A stretch of DNA of 24,171 nt from an uncultured bacterium (GCA_965371275.1 CBDUXW010000001.1:1-24171), one strand, 5' to 3'; shown: positions 1 to 8,167, counted from the stretch's first letter. Translations and numbers: made by a program. The notes: a model not told the origin generated them from the sequence alone.

Positions 1-1
1 C

Positions 2-280
2 CCCGTGCCGCCGCCCGAGCAGGCTCCATGCCGCGAGGCCGGCGTGCTGGCTTCGCTGCCCGGGGTTGTCGGCACGATCCTCGCCACCGAGACCATCAAG
101 CTGATCATCGGCACCGGATCGTCGCTGCTCGGTCGCCTGTTGCTCATCGACGTGCTGGAGAACTCGTTTCGCTCGGTCCGTGTGCGGCGAGACGCTGGCT
201 GCGCGCTGTGCGGCGACGAGCCGTCGATCAAGAAACCTACCGCGGTTGCGGTTGCGGTGTGTCGTGACGACAGCGACTGA
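2..280 (+). CDS. MoeB/ThiF/HesA-family E1-like adenylyltransferase, C-terminal part (5'-truncated by window edge)
   Basis: PPPEQAPCREAGVLASLPGVVGTILATETIKLIIG...GRLLLID...CALCG matches the MoeB C-terminal pattern (active-site Cys region, PGxxG, Zn-binding CxxC). No rhodanese domain follows. The frame is open from position 2. Confidence 0.85.
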   Translation, partial: PVPPPEQAPCREAGVLASLPGVVGTILATETIKLIIGTGSSLLGRLLLIDVLENSFRSVRVRRDAGCALCGDEPSIKKPTAVAVAVCRDDSD

Positions 281-695
281 ACGGGTTCGCGTTTCCGACG
301 CGGTACGCGCTCGAGTCGAGGAGGAATGTCGCCGCAGCTACCCGGCCGAAGCCTGCGGGTTTCTCCTGGGTGAGGACAACGGCGCGGGCTGCTCGATCGA
401 CGAGGCGCGGCCGGCCGTCAATGGGGCCTCCCGTGATGACCGTTTTCACATCGATGCTCGGCAGGTGTTCGAGGCCATGCGCGGGGCGCGGCGCGACGGT
501 AAGTTGCTGCTCGGCGTGTATCACTCGCACCCGGACGGCGTGCCCGAGCCCTCGAGCACGGACCGCAAAGACGTCTGGGGTCGCTGGCTCTATCTGATCG
601 TCGCCTGCAGTGGCGGCGAGTTGACGGAATCGGCGTGCTGGCGCCTGGTGCGCGACCGCTTCGTGCCCGTGGCCATCGAACGGGACTCGGCGTGA
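264..695 (+). CDS. JAB/MPN (Mov34) metallopeptidase, Mec+/CysO-cysteine peptidase-like
   Basis: YPAEACGFLLG and YHSHPDGVPEPSSTD give the complete JAMM motif (E...HxH-x7-S-x2-D). GTG at 264 chosen as start; it overlaps the MoeB 3' end by 17 nt. Confidence 0.88.
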   Translation: MTTATERVRVSDAVRARVEEECRRSYPAEACGFLLGEDNGAGCSIDEARPAVNGASRDDRFHIDARQVFEAMRGARRDGKLLLGVYHSHPDGVPEPSSTDRKDVWGRWLYLIVACSGGELTESACWRLVRDRFVPVAIERDSA

Positions 696-714
696 ACGCG
701 GGGGCGATGACTTC

Positions 715-2256
715 GTGACCGATGCCGACCGGCCGCCGCCGTGGCCGTACGATCGCTGCCAGATCTGCGTGAGCCTTGGCGCGCCCGATCCGGCGGCGCT
801 GGGCGCCAAGATGAGTGGCGTCGACGGCGCCGACTTGATCGAGGTGCGTCTCGACACCCTGGACGATCCACAGGCGCTCAGCGCCGACGATCTGCAGGGG
901 ATCGTGACCGCCAGTCCGGTACCTGTGGGATTCACGTTGCGGCCGCAGTGGCAGAACGGCGGCTATGTCGGCGATGAGGCCGAGCGGCGGGCATTGCTCG
1001 AGATAGCCGCTGCATCCGGGGCCGCGTTTGTTGATGTCGAGCTCGATGCCGGCTGGGTCGAAGACTTCCTTGCCGCGGCGAAGTGTCCTGTCGTCGTCTC
1101 GCACCATTGGGAGGATCGGCACCCCGCGGACCTGGATGTACGCATAGAGCAAGTGCGGAGGCTGCGACCGTCCGTCGCCAAGCTGGTCGGGACGGCAGAG
1201 TCGCCCGTCGAGGCGCTACCGCTGCTGCGTGCGGGCCGGGCGCTGGCGCAAGGGGGGCAACGGGCGACCTGCTTTTGCATGGGCGAGGGGGGGGCGGCGA
1301 GCCGCCTCCTGGCAGTCGGCGCCGCCGGCGCCATCATGTACGCCGCGCCGTCGTCCGCCGCCGCCGTGGCGCCCGGGCAGTGGACGGTCGACCGACTCGT
1401 CAACGAGCTCCGAGTGCCCGGATGGGGCACGGCGACCGGTTTCTGCGGCCTGGTCGGCCACCCGATTCAACACTCGCTGTCACCGGCGATTTTCAACGCT
1501 GTCTTTCAGGATCGCGGTGTCGACATGGCCTACGTGCCGCTTGCGGGAGCGAAGCTGGCGCCGGTCGTCGAGCTTGCTGAGCAAATCGCCATGCGCGGTT
1601 TGAGCGTGACGATGCCGTTCAAGGAAGAGATGGCGGGCCGTTGTGTCGAGCTCGATCCGCTTGCCGAGAAGATCGGCGCGGTCAACACGGTGGTGGCGAC
1701 CGCCGCGGGCTGGGTGGGGTACAACACCGACGCCACTGCGATCATGGAGGCGACGGCAACGGTTGCCGAGGTGTCGGGGGCCTCTGTTGTTGCGCTTGTC
1801 GGCGCCGGCGGCGCGGCGCGCGCCGCGGCGGTGGCGTTTCGCCACGCGGGCGCCGAGGTGACGGTGTTCAATCGAACCGCCGAGCGTGCGGCCGCGGTGG
1901 CGCAGCTTGCCGGCGCCGCGTCGGCGCCGCTCGAGCAGCTCGCCGAGCGCACCTACGACATCGTCATTAATGCCACACCGGCCGGCATGCAGGGTGGTGG
2001 TGCCGCCGCGGAAACTCCGTTCCCCGTCGAGTGGCTCGAGGGTAAAGAGGTCGTGGTCGACATGGTGTACCGCCCGCGGCGCACGGTCTTGCTGCGAGAA
2101 GCCGCGGCACGGGGTTGCACGACCGTGGACGGGCTCGAGATGTTCGTTCGACAGGCCGCCGCCCAGTACCGACTTTTGACCGGAAACCCCTCCATCGAGC
2201 CGCTCGACGGATTGCGTGCCGCGGCGCTCGAAGCTTTACGAGAAAATCGCGGCTAG
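715..2256 (+). CDS. aroDE: Bifunctional type I 3-dehydroquinate dehydratase / shikimate dehydrogenase fusion
   Basis: N-half has IEVRLD, VDVELD, VVSHH, VAKLV, CMGEGG..SR and APGQ (type I DHQase). C-half has GHPIQHSLSP, VTMPFK, GAVNT, YNTD, GAGGAAR, NRT, NATPAGM, DMVY and GLEMFVRQA (AroE). Confidence 0.92.
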   Translation: MTDADRPPPWPYDRCQICVSLGAPDPAALGAKMSGVDGADLIEVRLDTLDDPQALSADDLQGIVTASPVPVGFTLRPQWQNGGYVGDEAERRALLEIAAASGAAFVDVELDAGWVEDFLAAAKCPVVVSHHWEDRHPADLDVRIEQVRRLRPSVAKLVGTAESPVEALPLLRAGRALAQGGQRATCFCMGEGGAASRLLAVGAAGAIMYAAPSSAAAVAPGQWTVDRLVNELRVPGWGTATGFCGLVGHPIQHSLSPAIFNAVFQDRGVDMAYVPLAGAKLAPVVELAEQIAMRGLSVTMPFKEEMAGRCVELDPLAEKIGAVNTVVATAAGWVGYNTDATAIMEATATVAEVSGASVVALVGAGGAARAAAVAFRHAGAEVTVFNRTAERAAAVAQLAGAASAPLEQLAERTYDIVINATPAGMQGGGAAAETPFPVEWLEGKEVVVDMVYRPRRTVLLREAAARGCTTVDGLEMFVRQAAAQYRLLTGNPSIEPLDGLRAAALEALRENRG

Positions 2257-2356
2257 TCGCATGATGAGATCCCGCGACGGCACACTATGGATGTAGCGGG
2301 TTCTTTGGTCGACGGTGGCGCTCCCAATAAAGACGCCGACCCACGAGGAGAACGAA

Positions 2357-3184
2357 ATGAGCGACGAGCAGGACAACTACGACGACGCGCCGGAGTCGGG
2401 GAGGGCCGACATCGACGATGTGTCCTCGTATGCCTACGGGGAGGAAGCTCCCAGCGGCGCCGGGGCTATCTTCGGCCCCTTCTTCAACGCCATTCTCGGT
2501 CCGGCTGATTGTTGGAGAGCCCTCGATGCGCGACCGTTGCTGGGTATCTGGATCGCGCTCTGGGTGGGCGCGTTTCAAACAGTTCTGGCAATCATCAATT
2601 TGCCGATCTCGCGACAGGCCATGATTGCCGTCGCCCGCTCATCCATGCAGGCGCAGGGTGAGGTGACCGCCGAGCAGTTGCAGCAAACGACGGGCATGAT
2701 GACCATGATCGCCACCATCTCCGCCTACGCCGGGGTTCTGTTCATCCTGCTGATGATCGCCGTGGTGGCGCTGACGATCTGGCTGTTGGCGACGATGATG
2801 GGTGGCGAGGCGACGTTCGGCCGCAGCTTCGCGTTGGCGAGCGCCGCGGCGGTCATTAAGCCGCTGCTGTACAGCGTCTACGTAACCATCATTCTGCAAA
2901 TCAATCCGCCCGAAATTCGTCGCGCCGAAGACATCCAGGAGATGACACCGACGCTCGGCCTCGACTTGCTGGTCTCACTGATTTGGGGGCCCGACACGCC
3001 CGCGTGGCTCAACGCCGTGTTCATGCGCGTCGATCTGTTCAGCCTCTGGTGGATGGTACTGATCGTGTCCGGGTCGATGGCGCTGCTGAAGCTGTCGAGG
3101 GGGAAGGGGATAACGCTGGGCGCCATCCTGTGGGCATTCGGCACGTTGTTCGCGATGCTCGGCGCGTTCTTCCAGGCCGGATAA
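2357..3184 (+). CDS. YIP1-domain integral membrane protein
   Basis: About 5 hydrophobic segments with YIP1-like spacing and an acidic N-terminal tail. Start moved to ATG 2357 because GAGGAG lies at 2345-2350. Confidence 0.7.
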   Translation: MSDEQDNYDDAPESGRADIDDVSSYAYGEEAPSGAGAIFGPFFNAILGPADCWRALDARPLLGIWIALWVGAFQTVLAIINLPISRQAMIAVARSSMQAQGEVTAEQLQQTTGMMTMIATISAYAGVLFILLMIAVVALTIWLLATMMGGEATFGRSFALASAAAVIKPLLYSVYVTIILQINPPEIRRAEDIQEMTPTLGLDLLVSLIWGPDTPAWLNAVFMRVDLFSLWWMVLIVSGSMALLKLSRGKGITLGAILWAFGTLFAMLGAFFQAG

Positions 3185-3204
3185 CCCGCCTGTTCGCTGC
3201 GCTG

Positions 3205-3235
3205 TCGGCGCGGCAACGTAAAGCCGCGGCGCCGA
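3205..3235 (+). terminator. GC-rich hairpin after the YIP1 gene (no U-tract; terminator or pause candidate)
   Basis: TCGGCG-CGGC (3205-3214) pairs with GCCG-[CGG bulge]-CGCCGA (3223-3235), loop AACGTAAA. Confidence 0.3.
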
Positions 3236-3265
3236 TTGACCGTCGCGTCGCAACGTTGCTACCAT
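3236..3265 (+). promoter_or_regulatory. Sigma70-type promoter of the trp operon
   Basis: TTGACC (3236-3241), 18 nt, TACCAT (3260-3265) with an extended -10 TG at 3257-3258. It sits about 28 nt upstream of the leader ORF. Confidence 0.7.
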
Positions 3266-3292
3266 CCTGCCTTCATCAACGGAGCGACCGCT

Positions 3293-3391
3293 ATGCGCGA
3301 CATCACCGCAATTCGGCACCGCCGTCTCGGCGCGCGCGCTCCGTCTATGCTGGCCCTCCACGCCTGGCGATATTGGTCCTGGACCTGGTAG
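3293..3391 (+). CDS. trpL: Trp-rich leader peptide, MRDITAIRHRRLGARAPSMLALHAWRYWSWTW* (32 aa; 14 aa if started at ATG 3347)
   Basis: GGAG at 3281-3284, ATG 3293, TGG codons at 3365, 3374, 3380 and 3386, TAG at 3389-3391. It lies between a promoter and trpE and is too short for the supplied ORF track. Confidence 0.85.
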   Translation: MRDITAIRHRRLGARAPSMLALHAWRYWSWTW

Positions 3392-3392
3392 G

Positions 3393-3448
3393 GGCCGGCT
3401 TCCGTTTTCTCTCTTTTCCCTGACAAACAAAACGACGGAGGCTGGGCC
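3393..3448 (+). promoter_or_regulatory. Attenuator hairpin sequestering the trpE ribosome-binding site
   Basis: GGCCGGCTTCC-GTTTT (3393-3408) pairs with AAAAC-[GAC]-GGAGGCTGG[G]CC (3429-3448), using two G-U pairs. The 3' arm contains GGAGG (3437-3441), 8 nt before TTG 3450. Confidence 0.7.
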
Positions 3449-3449
3449 G

Positions 3450-5036
3450 TTGACAGAACGGTCAAGGCGCATGTGTGTGTTCCCGGATTTCGACGACTTC
3501 GCCGCCGCGGCGGAGCGGGGGAACTTCGTGCCCGTGTGCACCGAGCGCCTGGCCGACCTATTGACGCCGGTTGGTGCCTATCTGCGCATCGTCGGCCGCT
3601 GGCGACGCCCGTTCCTGCTGGAAAGCGCCGAGGGCGGTGAGCACATCGGTCGCTACTCGTTCTTGGGCGGCGATCCGTTTCTCGAGGTCGAGGGCGACGT
3701 CGACGAGTTGACCGCTTGTGAACCGGACGGTACCCGACGCCGGATCGACGGCGATCCCGTAGCGGCGCTGGCCGAATTGCAGCGCCGGTATCGCGCCGAG
3801 TCGGTCCCGGGAGCTCCGCCGTTTACCGGCGGCGCCGTGGGCTACATCGGTTACGACGCAGTCCGTTGGGTCGAACGAATCCCGGACGTCAATCCTTCCG
3901 ATCCCGACATGCCGTGGGTAAACCTTGCCTACTACGACACGGTGCTGGCCTTCGACCACCTGCGACATCGCGTCGTTCTCGTGGCCAACGCCCGCATCGA
4001 GGCGGGCGCCGGCGAAACCGAGTTGCGCCACGCATACGAGCAGGCGATCGACCGGCTGGGGGAACTGTCGGCGGTGCTCGACAGCGAGCCGCGCGCCGCG
4101 GCGCCGCTCGATCGTATCCATGGCGATCGAACGACAATCGACCTCAAGGTCGGCGAGGAAGGTACCGAGAGCCTCGGACACGACGAATTCTGCAGGGCGG
4201 TGAGCGCCGCCCAGGAGCTCATCGCTGCCGGCGACGCGTTTCAGATCGTGCTGTCGCGGCGTCTCAGCCGCGCCACGACGGCGTCGCCGTTGAGCGTGTA
4301 TCGGGCGTTGCGCGCCATCAATCCGTCACCGTACATGTTCCTGCTCGATACCGGAGACGCCCACGTCGTCGGCTCGTCGCCCGAGATGCTGGTGCGGGTC
4401 AGCGATGGCGTGGTGGAGAATCGGCCGATTGCCGGCACCCGGCCACGCGGCGCGAATGCCGCTGCTGACGAAGAGCTGGAAGCGCAGCTTCTCGCCGACG
4501 AAAAAGAGTGCGCCGAGCACCTGATGCTCGTCGACCTGGGACGCAACGACGTCGGCCGGGTGGCCGAGTACGGCACCGTCGAAGTGCCGGAATTCATGAT
4601 CGTGGATCGCTACTCGCACGTCATGCACATCGTCTCCAGCGTCAAGGGGAGGCTGCGGTCGGAGCTCGGCCCATTCGAGGCACTGTTCGCGGCTTTTCCC
4701 GCGGGTACGGTGAGTGGTGCGCCGAAGATCCGCGCGATGGAAATCATCGACGACCTCGAGCCCGTGGCCCGCGGCGTGTACGCAGGGGCCATCTTGTACG
4801 CGGATTTCGCCGGCAATCTCGATTCGTGCATCGCCATCCGCACGATCGTGATGAAGGACGGACGTGCACAGGTGCAGGCCGGTGCCGGCATCGTCACCGA
4901 CTCGGTGCCGACGCGCGAGTTCGACGAGACCAACCAGAAAGCGGCGGCGGCGCTGCAGGCCTTGGCCTGGGCGACCGAGGCCGAAGAGGCGCCCGCGGCG
5001 GCGCTCGACAACGTCGACAGCATGGTGTCGTCATGA
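3450..5036 (+). CDS. trpE: Anthranilate synthase component I
   Basis: FLLESA and NPSPYM (Trp feedback site), SSPE, PIAGTRPRG, EHLMLVDLGRND, GTVSGAPK, AGAGIV. TTG start has a well-spaced GGAGG. Confidence 0.95.
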   Translation: MTERSRRMCVFPDFDDFAAAAERGNFVPVCTERLADLLTPVGAYLRIVGRWRRPFLLESAEGGEHIGRYSFLGGDPFLEVEGDVDELTACEPDGTRRRIDGDPVAALAELQRRYRAESVPGAPPFTGGAVGYIGYDAVRWVERIPDVNPSDPDMPWVNLAYYDTVLAFDHLRHRVVLVANARIEAGAGETELRHAYEQAIDRLGELSAVLDSEPRAAAPLDRIHGDRTTIDLKVGEEGTESLGHDEFCRAVSAAQELIAAGDAFQIVLSRRLSRATTASPLSVYRALRAINPSPYMFLLDTGDAHVVGSSPEMLVRVSDGVVENRPIAGTRPRGANAAADEELEAQLLADEKECAEHLMLVDLGRNDVGRVAEYGTVEVPEFMIVDRYSHVMHIVSSVKGRLRSELGPFEALFAAFPAGTVSGAPKIRAMEIIDDLEPVARGVYAGAILYADFAGNLDSCIAIRTIVMKDGRAQVQAGAGIVTDSVPTREFDETNQKAAAALQALAWATEAEEAPAAALDNVDSMVSS

Positions 5037-5644
5037 TCTTGGTCATCGACAACTACGACTCGTTCACGTTCAACCTCGTGCAGGCTTTCGGCGAGCTCGG
5101 CGTCGACGTCGAGGTCCGCCGCAACGACGAGGTCGACGTCGATGTCGTCGGCGAGCTGGCCCCCGGCGCAATCGTCATGTCGCCGGGTCCCGGACGCCCC
5201 GAGGACGCGGGTTGTTGCTGCGAGCTGGTCGAACGTCTAGCGCCAACGTTGCCGACGCTCGGGGTCTGTCTCGGGCATCAAGCGATCGCCAAGGCGCTCG
5301 GCGGCGTCGTGCAGCGGGCTCCGGTGGTGGTGCACGGCAAGACCGCCAAGGTGCATCACGACGGCGGCGGGTTGTTCGCCGGCCTGCCGGAGCCGTTCGA
5401 GGCGGCCCGCTACCACTCGCTGATCGTCGAGCGCGATCGGCTTCCCGAGCAGCTCGAGGTCACGGCCTGGACCGACGACGGCTTGGTGATGGGTGTCCGG
5501 CACCGTGAATGGCCATTGTACGGCGTGCAGTTTCATCCCGAATCGATCGCCACGCCCGACGGCCCGCAGCTGCTGCGCAACTTCTTGATCGCCGCGGGTG
5601 AGCTCGCCGCACCTGCTGCTCGAGCCGCCGGGGGAGGGGCGTAA
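5033..5644 (+). CDS. trpG: Anthranilate synthase component II (class I glutamine amidotransferase)
   Basis: MILVIDNYDSFTFNL, SPGPG, GVCLGHQ, RYHSL, GVQFHPES. ATGA overlap with the trpE stop. Confidence 0.95.
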   Translation: MILVIDNYDSFTFNLVQAFGELGVDVEVRRNDEVDVDVVGELAPGAIVMSPGPGRPEDAGCCCELVERLAPTLPTLGVCLGHQAIAKALGGVVQRAPVVVHGKTAKVHHDGGGLFAGLPEPFEAARYHSLIVERDRLPEQLEVTAWTDDGLVMGVRHREWPLYGVQFHPESIATPDGPQLLRNFLIAAGELAAPAARAAGGGA

Positions 5645-5649
5645 TCGCG

Positions 5650-6669
5650 ATGCTGGGAACGGCCATCAACAACGCGGTGCGCGGTGTCGACCTGTCGCGC
5701 GATGAGGCGCGCGCGGCAATGCAAACGATCATGCGGGGCGACGCCACGCCGGCGCAGGTGGCCGGCTACCTCGTGGCGCTGCGCATGAAGGGTGAGACCG
5801 TCGACGAAATCACCGGCAGTGCGGAAGCCATGCGCTCCGCCGCCATTCGTGTCGACGTCGCCGCCGACGATCTCGTAGACACGGCAGGAACCGGCGGCGA
5901 CGGTGCCGGAACGATCAACGTCTCGACTACCGCGGCGCTCGTAGCCGCCGGCGCCGGCGTGCGCATCGCCAAGCATGGCAACCGGGGCGTGTCGAGCGAG
6001 TGCGGCAGCGCCGACGTCCTCGAGGCTCTGGGCGTGACGTTGATCGATGATCCGCGGCGGCAGGCACGAATCCTCAACGACGTCGGGATCGCGTTTCTGT
6101 TCGCGCCGTTCCAGCATCCGGCGATGAAGCACGCCGTCGGGCCGCGCCAGGAGCTGGCGATCCGCACGATTTTCAACGTGCTCGGGCCGCTCACCAACCC
6201 GGCCGGGGCGCGCCGCCAGGTGGTCGGCGTGTACGACGGCGCACTGATCGAGACGCTGGCCCGGGTTCTGGGTGAGCTGGGTGCGATTCGAGCGCTGGTG
6301 GTTCACGGCGCCGGCGGGCTCGACGAGCTGTCGACACTCGGTCCCAGCCGCATCGCCGAGTGGGATGGGGAAGACGTCCGCACGTACGAGATCGACGCTG
6401 AAACTCTGGGCCTGGCGCGGGCGACGGCGGAGCAGATCGCGGGCGGCGCCGGCGAGGAAAATGCCGCCGCAGTACGCCGAATTCTCGATGGCGAGCCGGG
6501 ACCGCACGCCGATATCGTGTTGCTCAACGCCGGCGCCGCGATCTATGCGGGCGGCTCCGCCGCCGACTTGGCAGAGGGGCTGGAAATGGCGCGGGTGTCG
6601 ATTGACAGCGGCGCGGCGGGCGCGCGACTCGAACAGCTCGTCCGGGCGACCGGCGAGGTGGCACCATGA
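5650..6669 (+). CDS. trpD: Anthranilate phosphoribosyltransferase
   Basis: LRMKGET, DTAGTGGDG, NVST, AKHGNRGVSS.CGSAD, FNVLGPLTNP, LDE, LLNAG. Confidence 0.95.
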   Translation: MLGTAINNAVRGVDLSRDEARAAMQTIMRGDATPAQVAGYLVALRMKGETVDEITGSAEAMRSAAIRVDVAADDLVDTAGTGGDGAGTINVSTTAALVAAGAGVRIAKHGNRGVSSECGSADVLEALGVTLIDDPRRQARILNDVGIAFLFAPFQHPAMKHAVGPRQELAIRTIFNVLGPLTNPAGARRQVVGVYDGALIETLARVLGELGAIRALVVHGAGGLDELSTLGPSRIAEWDGEDVRTYEIDAETLGLARATAEQIAGGAGEENAAAVRRILDGEPGPHADIVLLNAGAAIYAGGSAADLAEGLEMARVSIDSGAAGARLEQLVRATGEVAP

Positions 6670-7538
6670 GTCGCTTGCGCCTGTCTGATCTCGTCGAGGC
6701 AGCGCGGCACACGACCACGCGGCAGCGGGCGCAGGTGTCGGAAGCCGCGTTGCGCAGCGACGCCGAAGCGTCGGGAGCGCACAATGGCGGTCCCGGCAGG
6801 TTCCAAGCTGCCCTGCGCCAGTCCGGTGTTTCGGTAATCGCCGAGGTGAAGGGCGCGAGCCCCTTGAGCGGCACGCTGCGCGATCCCTTCGAACCCCTGG
6901 AACTGGCGACGTGCTACGCGGACGGTGGCGCAGCGGCGATTTCCGTGCTGACGGAGGAGCATTTTTTCGCCGGCTCCATAGATCATCTGGAAGCGATCAG
7001 TGCCAGCGTGGTGCTACCCACTCTGCGTAAGGATTTCATCGTCGAGCTGTACCAGGTATTCCGCGCGGCGAGCGCCGGAGCATCGGCTGTGCTGCTGATC
7101 GCCGAGCTGCTCGACGGCGCGGCGCTGGCGGAGTTCGTCGAGGCGGCACATAGCGTCGGTCTCGATTCGTTGGTCGAGTTTCATCGTCCCGAACTGCTGA
7201 TACCGGCGGTGCAATCGGGCAGCGGCTTGGTGGGCATCAATAATCGTAATCTCGATACCATGGAGATCGATGTCGAGCACGCGATCAAGTTGGCGGAGGA
7301 GCTGCCGAGAGACTTCGTGTCGGTGGCCGAGAGCGCCATCGCCGAGGCGGCCGACGTCGGCCGCGTCGCCGCGGCCCGATTCGACGCCATTCTCGTGGGC
7401 ACGGCGCTGGTCACGGCCCCGGAGCCGGGCGACGTTCTGCGTGAGCTCGTCGATGCCGGTGCTGCTGCGGCCGAGGCCGGAGAGTCGAGTGAGTCATCGG
7501 AGCCGGACTTCCCTCTCGCCGGGGCACACTTGCTATGA
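6666..7538 (+). CDS. trpC: Indole-3-glycerol phosphate synthase
   Basis: IAEVKGASP, ISVLTE..FF.GS, LRKDFIV, LVEFH, GINNRNL, AES, LVGTAL. ATGA overlap with trpD. Confidence 0.92.
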   Translation: MSRLRLSDLVEAARHTTTRQRAQVSEAALRSDAEASGAHNGGPGRFQAALRQSGVSVIAEVKGASPLSGTLRDPFEPLELATCYADGGAAAISVLTEEHFFAGSIDHLEAISASVVLPTLRKDFIVELYQVFRAASAGASAVLLIAELLDGAALAEFVEAAHSVGLDSLVEFHRPELLIPAVQSGSGLVGINNRNLDTMEIDVEHAIKLAEELPRDFVSVAESAIAEAADVGRVAAARFDAILVGTALVTAPEPGDVLRELVDAGAAAAEAGESSESSEPDFPLAGAHLL

Positions 7539-8167
7539 GCGACCTGTACTGGAAGGTCTGCGGCATCACCAACGAGGCCGACGCCGACGCCGCAGTGGCC
7601 GCCGGCGCTGACGCTCTGGGCTTCGTGTTCTGGCCGCACAGTCCGCGGGCTATCGACCTCGATACCGCGTCGGACATCGTGGGTCAGGTCCCCGAGGAGG
7701 TGCAAAAAGTCGGAGTGTTTGTCGACGTGTCCATCGCGGAGCTGAACGCTGCCGCCGCCCGGGTTCCGCTCGACCTCGTGCAACTTTCCGGCAACGAGTC
7801 GCCCGCGGCTTGCGCCGCGCTCGCCCGGCCGGCGTGGAAAGCGTTGCGCCTGTCGGCCGCGACCTCGATGGAAGAGGCGGCCAAGCTGGCCTCGGCGTAC
7901 GCCGACTGCACGTTGCTGGTGGACGCGTCGGTACCCGGCGAATACGGTGGCACGGGAGAGACATCCAACTGGCCGGTGGCGGCGGCGTTGGCGGCGTCGC
8001 ACCGCGTCGTTTTGGCGGGGGGGCTCAACGCCGACAACCTGGCGGACGCCGTAGACAGCGTCAGGCCGTGGGGAATCGACGTTTCGTCCGGCGTCGAGAA
8101 GAGCCCGGGTCGCAAGGATCACGACGAGCTGCGCCGGTTTGCCGCGGCGCTGGAGCCCTACCGATGA
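7535..8167 (+). CDS. trpF: N-(5'-phosphoribosyl)anthranilate isomerase
   Basis: KVCGIT, GFVF...SPR, VGVFVD, LVDA, GGTG, LAGGL, DVSSGVE. ATGA overlap with trpC. Confidence 0.93.
   Translation: MSDLYWKVCGITNEADADAAVAAGADALGFVFWPHSPRAIDLDTASDIVGQVPEEVQKVGVFVDVSIAELNAAAARVPLDLVQLSGNESPAACAALARPAWKALRLSAATSMEEAAKLASAYADCTLLVDASVPGEYGGTGETSNWPVAAALAASHRVVLAGGLNADNLADAVDSVRPWGIDVSSGVEKSPGRKDHDELRRFAAALEPYR

Noticed and set aside
2-695. E1 + JAB as a ubiquitin-like anti-phage system (CBASS Cap2/Cap3, Bil)
   Set aside because: No E2, cyclase or effector is visible, the context is housekeeping, and both proteins look like the metabolic MoeB/Mec+ type. Upstream sequence is unseen, so this is not fully excluded.
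707-718. Micro-ORF ATG-ACT-TCG-TGA whose stop overlaps the aroDE GTG
   Set aside because: Three codons, no regulatory codon content, easily chance.
3270-3450. T-box, TRAP repeats or a classical terminator/antiterminator attenuator before trpE
   Set aside because: No T-box sequence (AAGGTGGNACC-like) and no (G/T)AG repeat array. The only stems directly 5' of the T-run at 3405 are weak and bulged.
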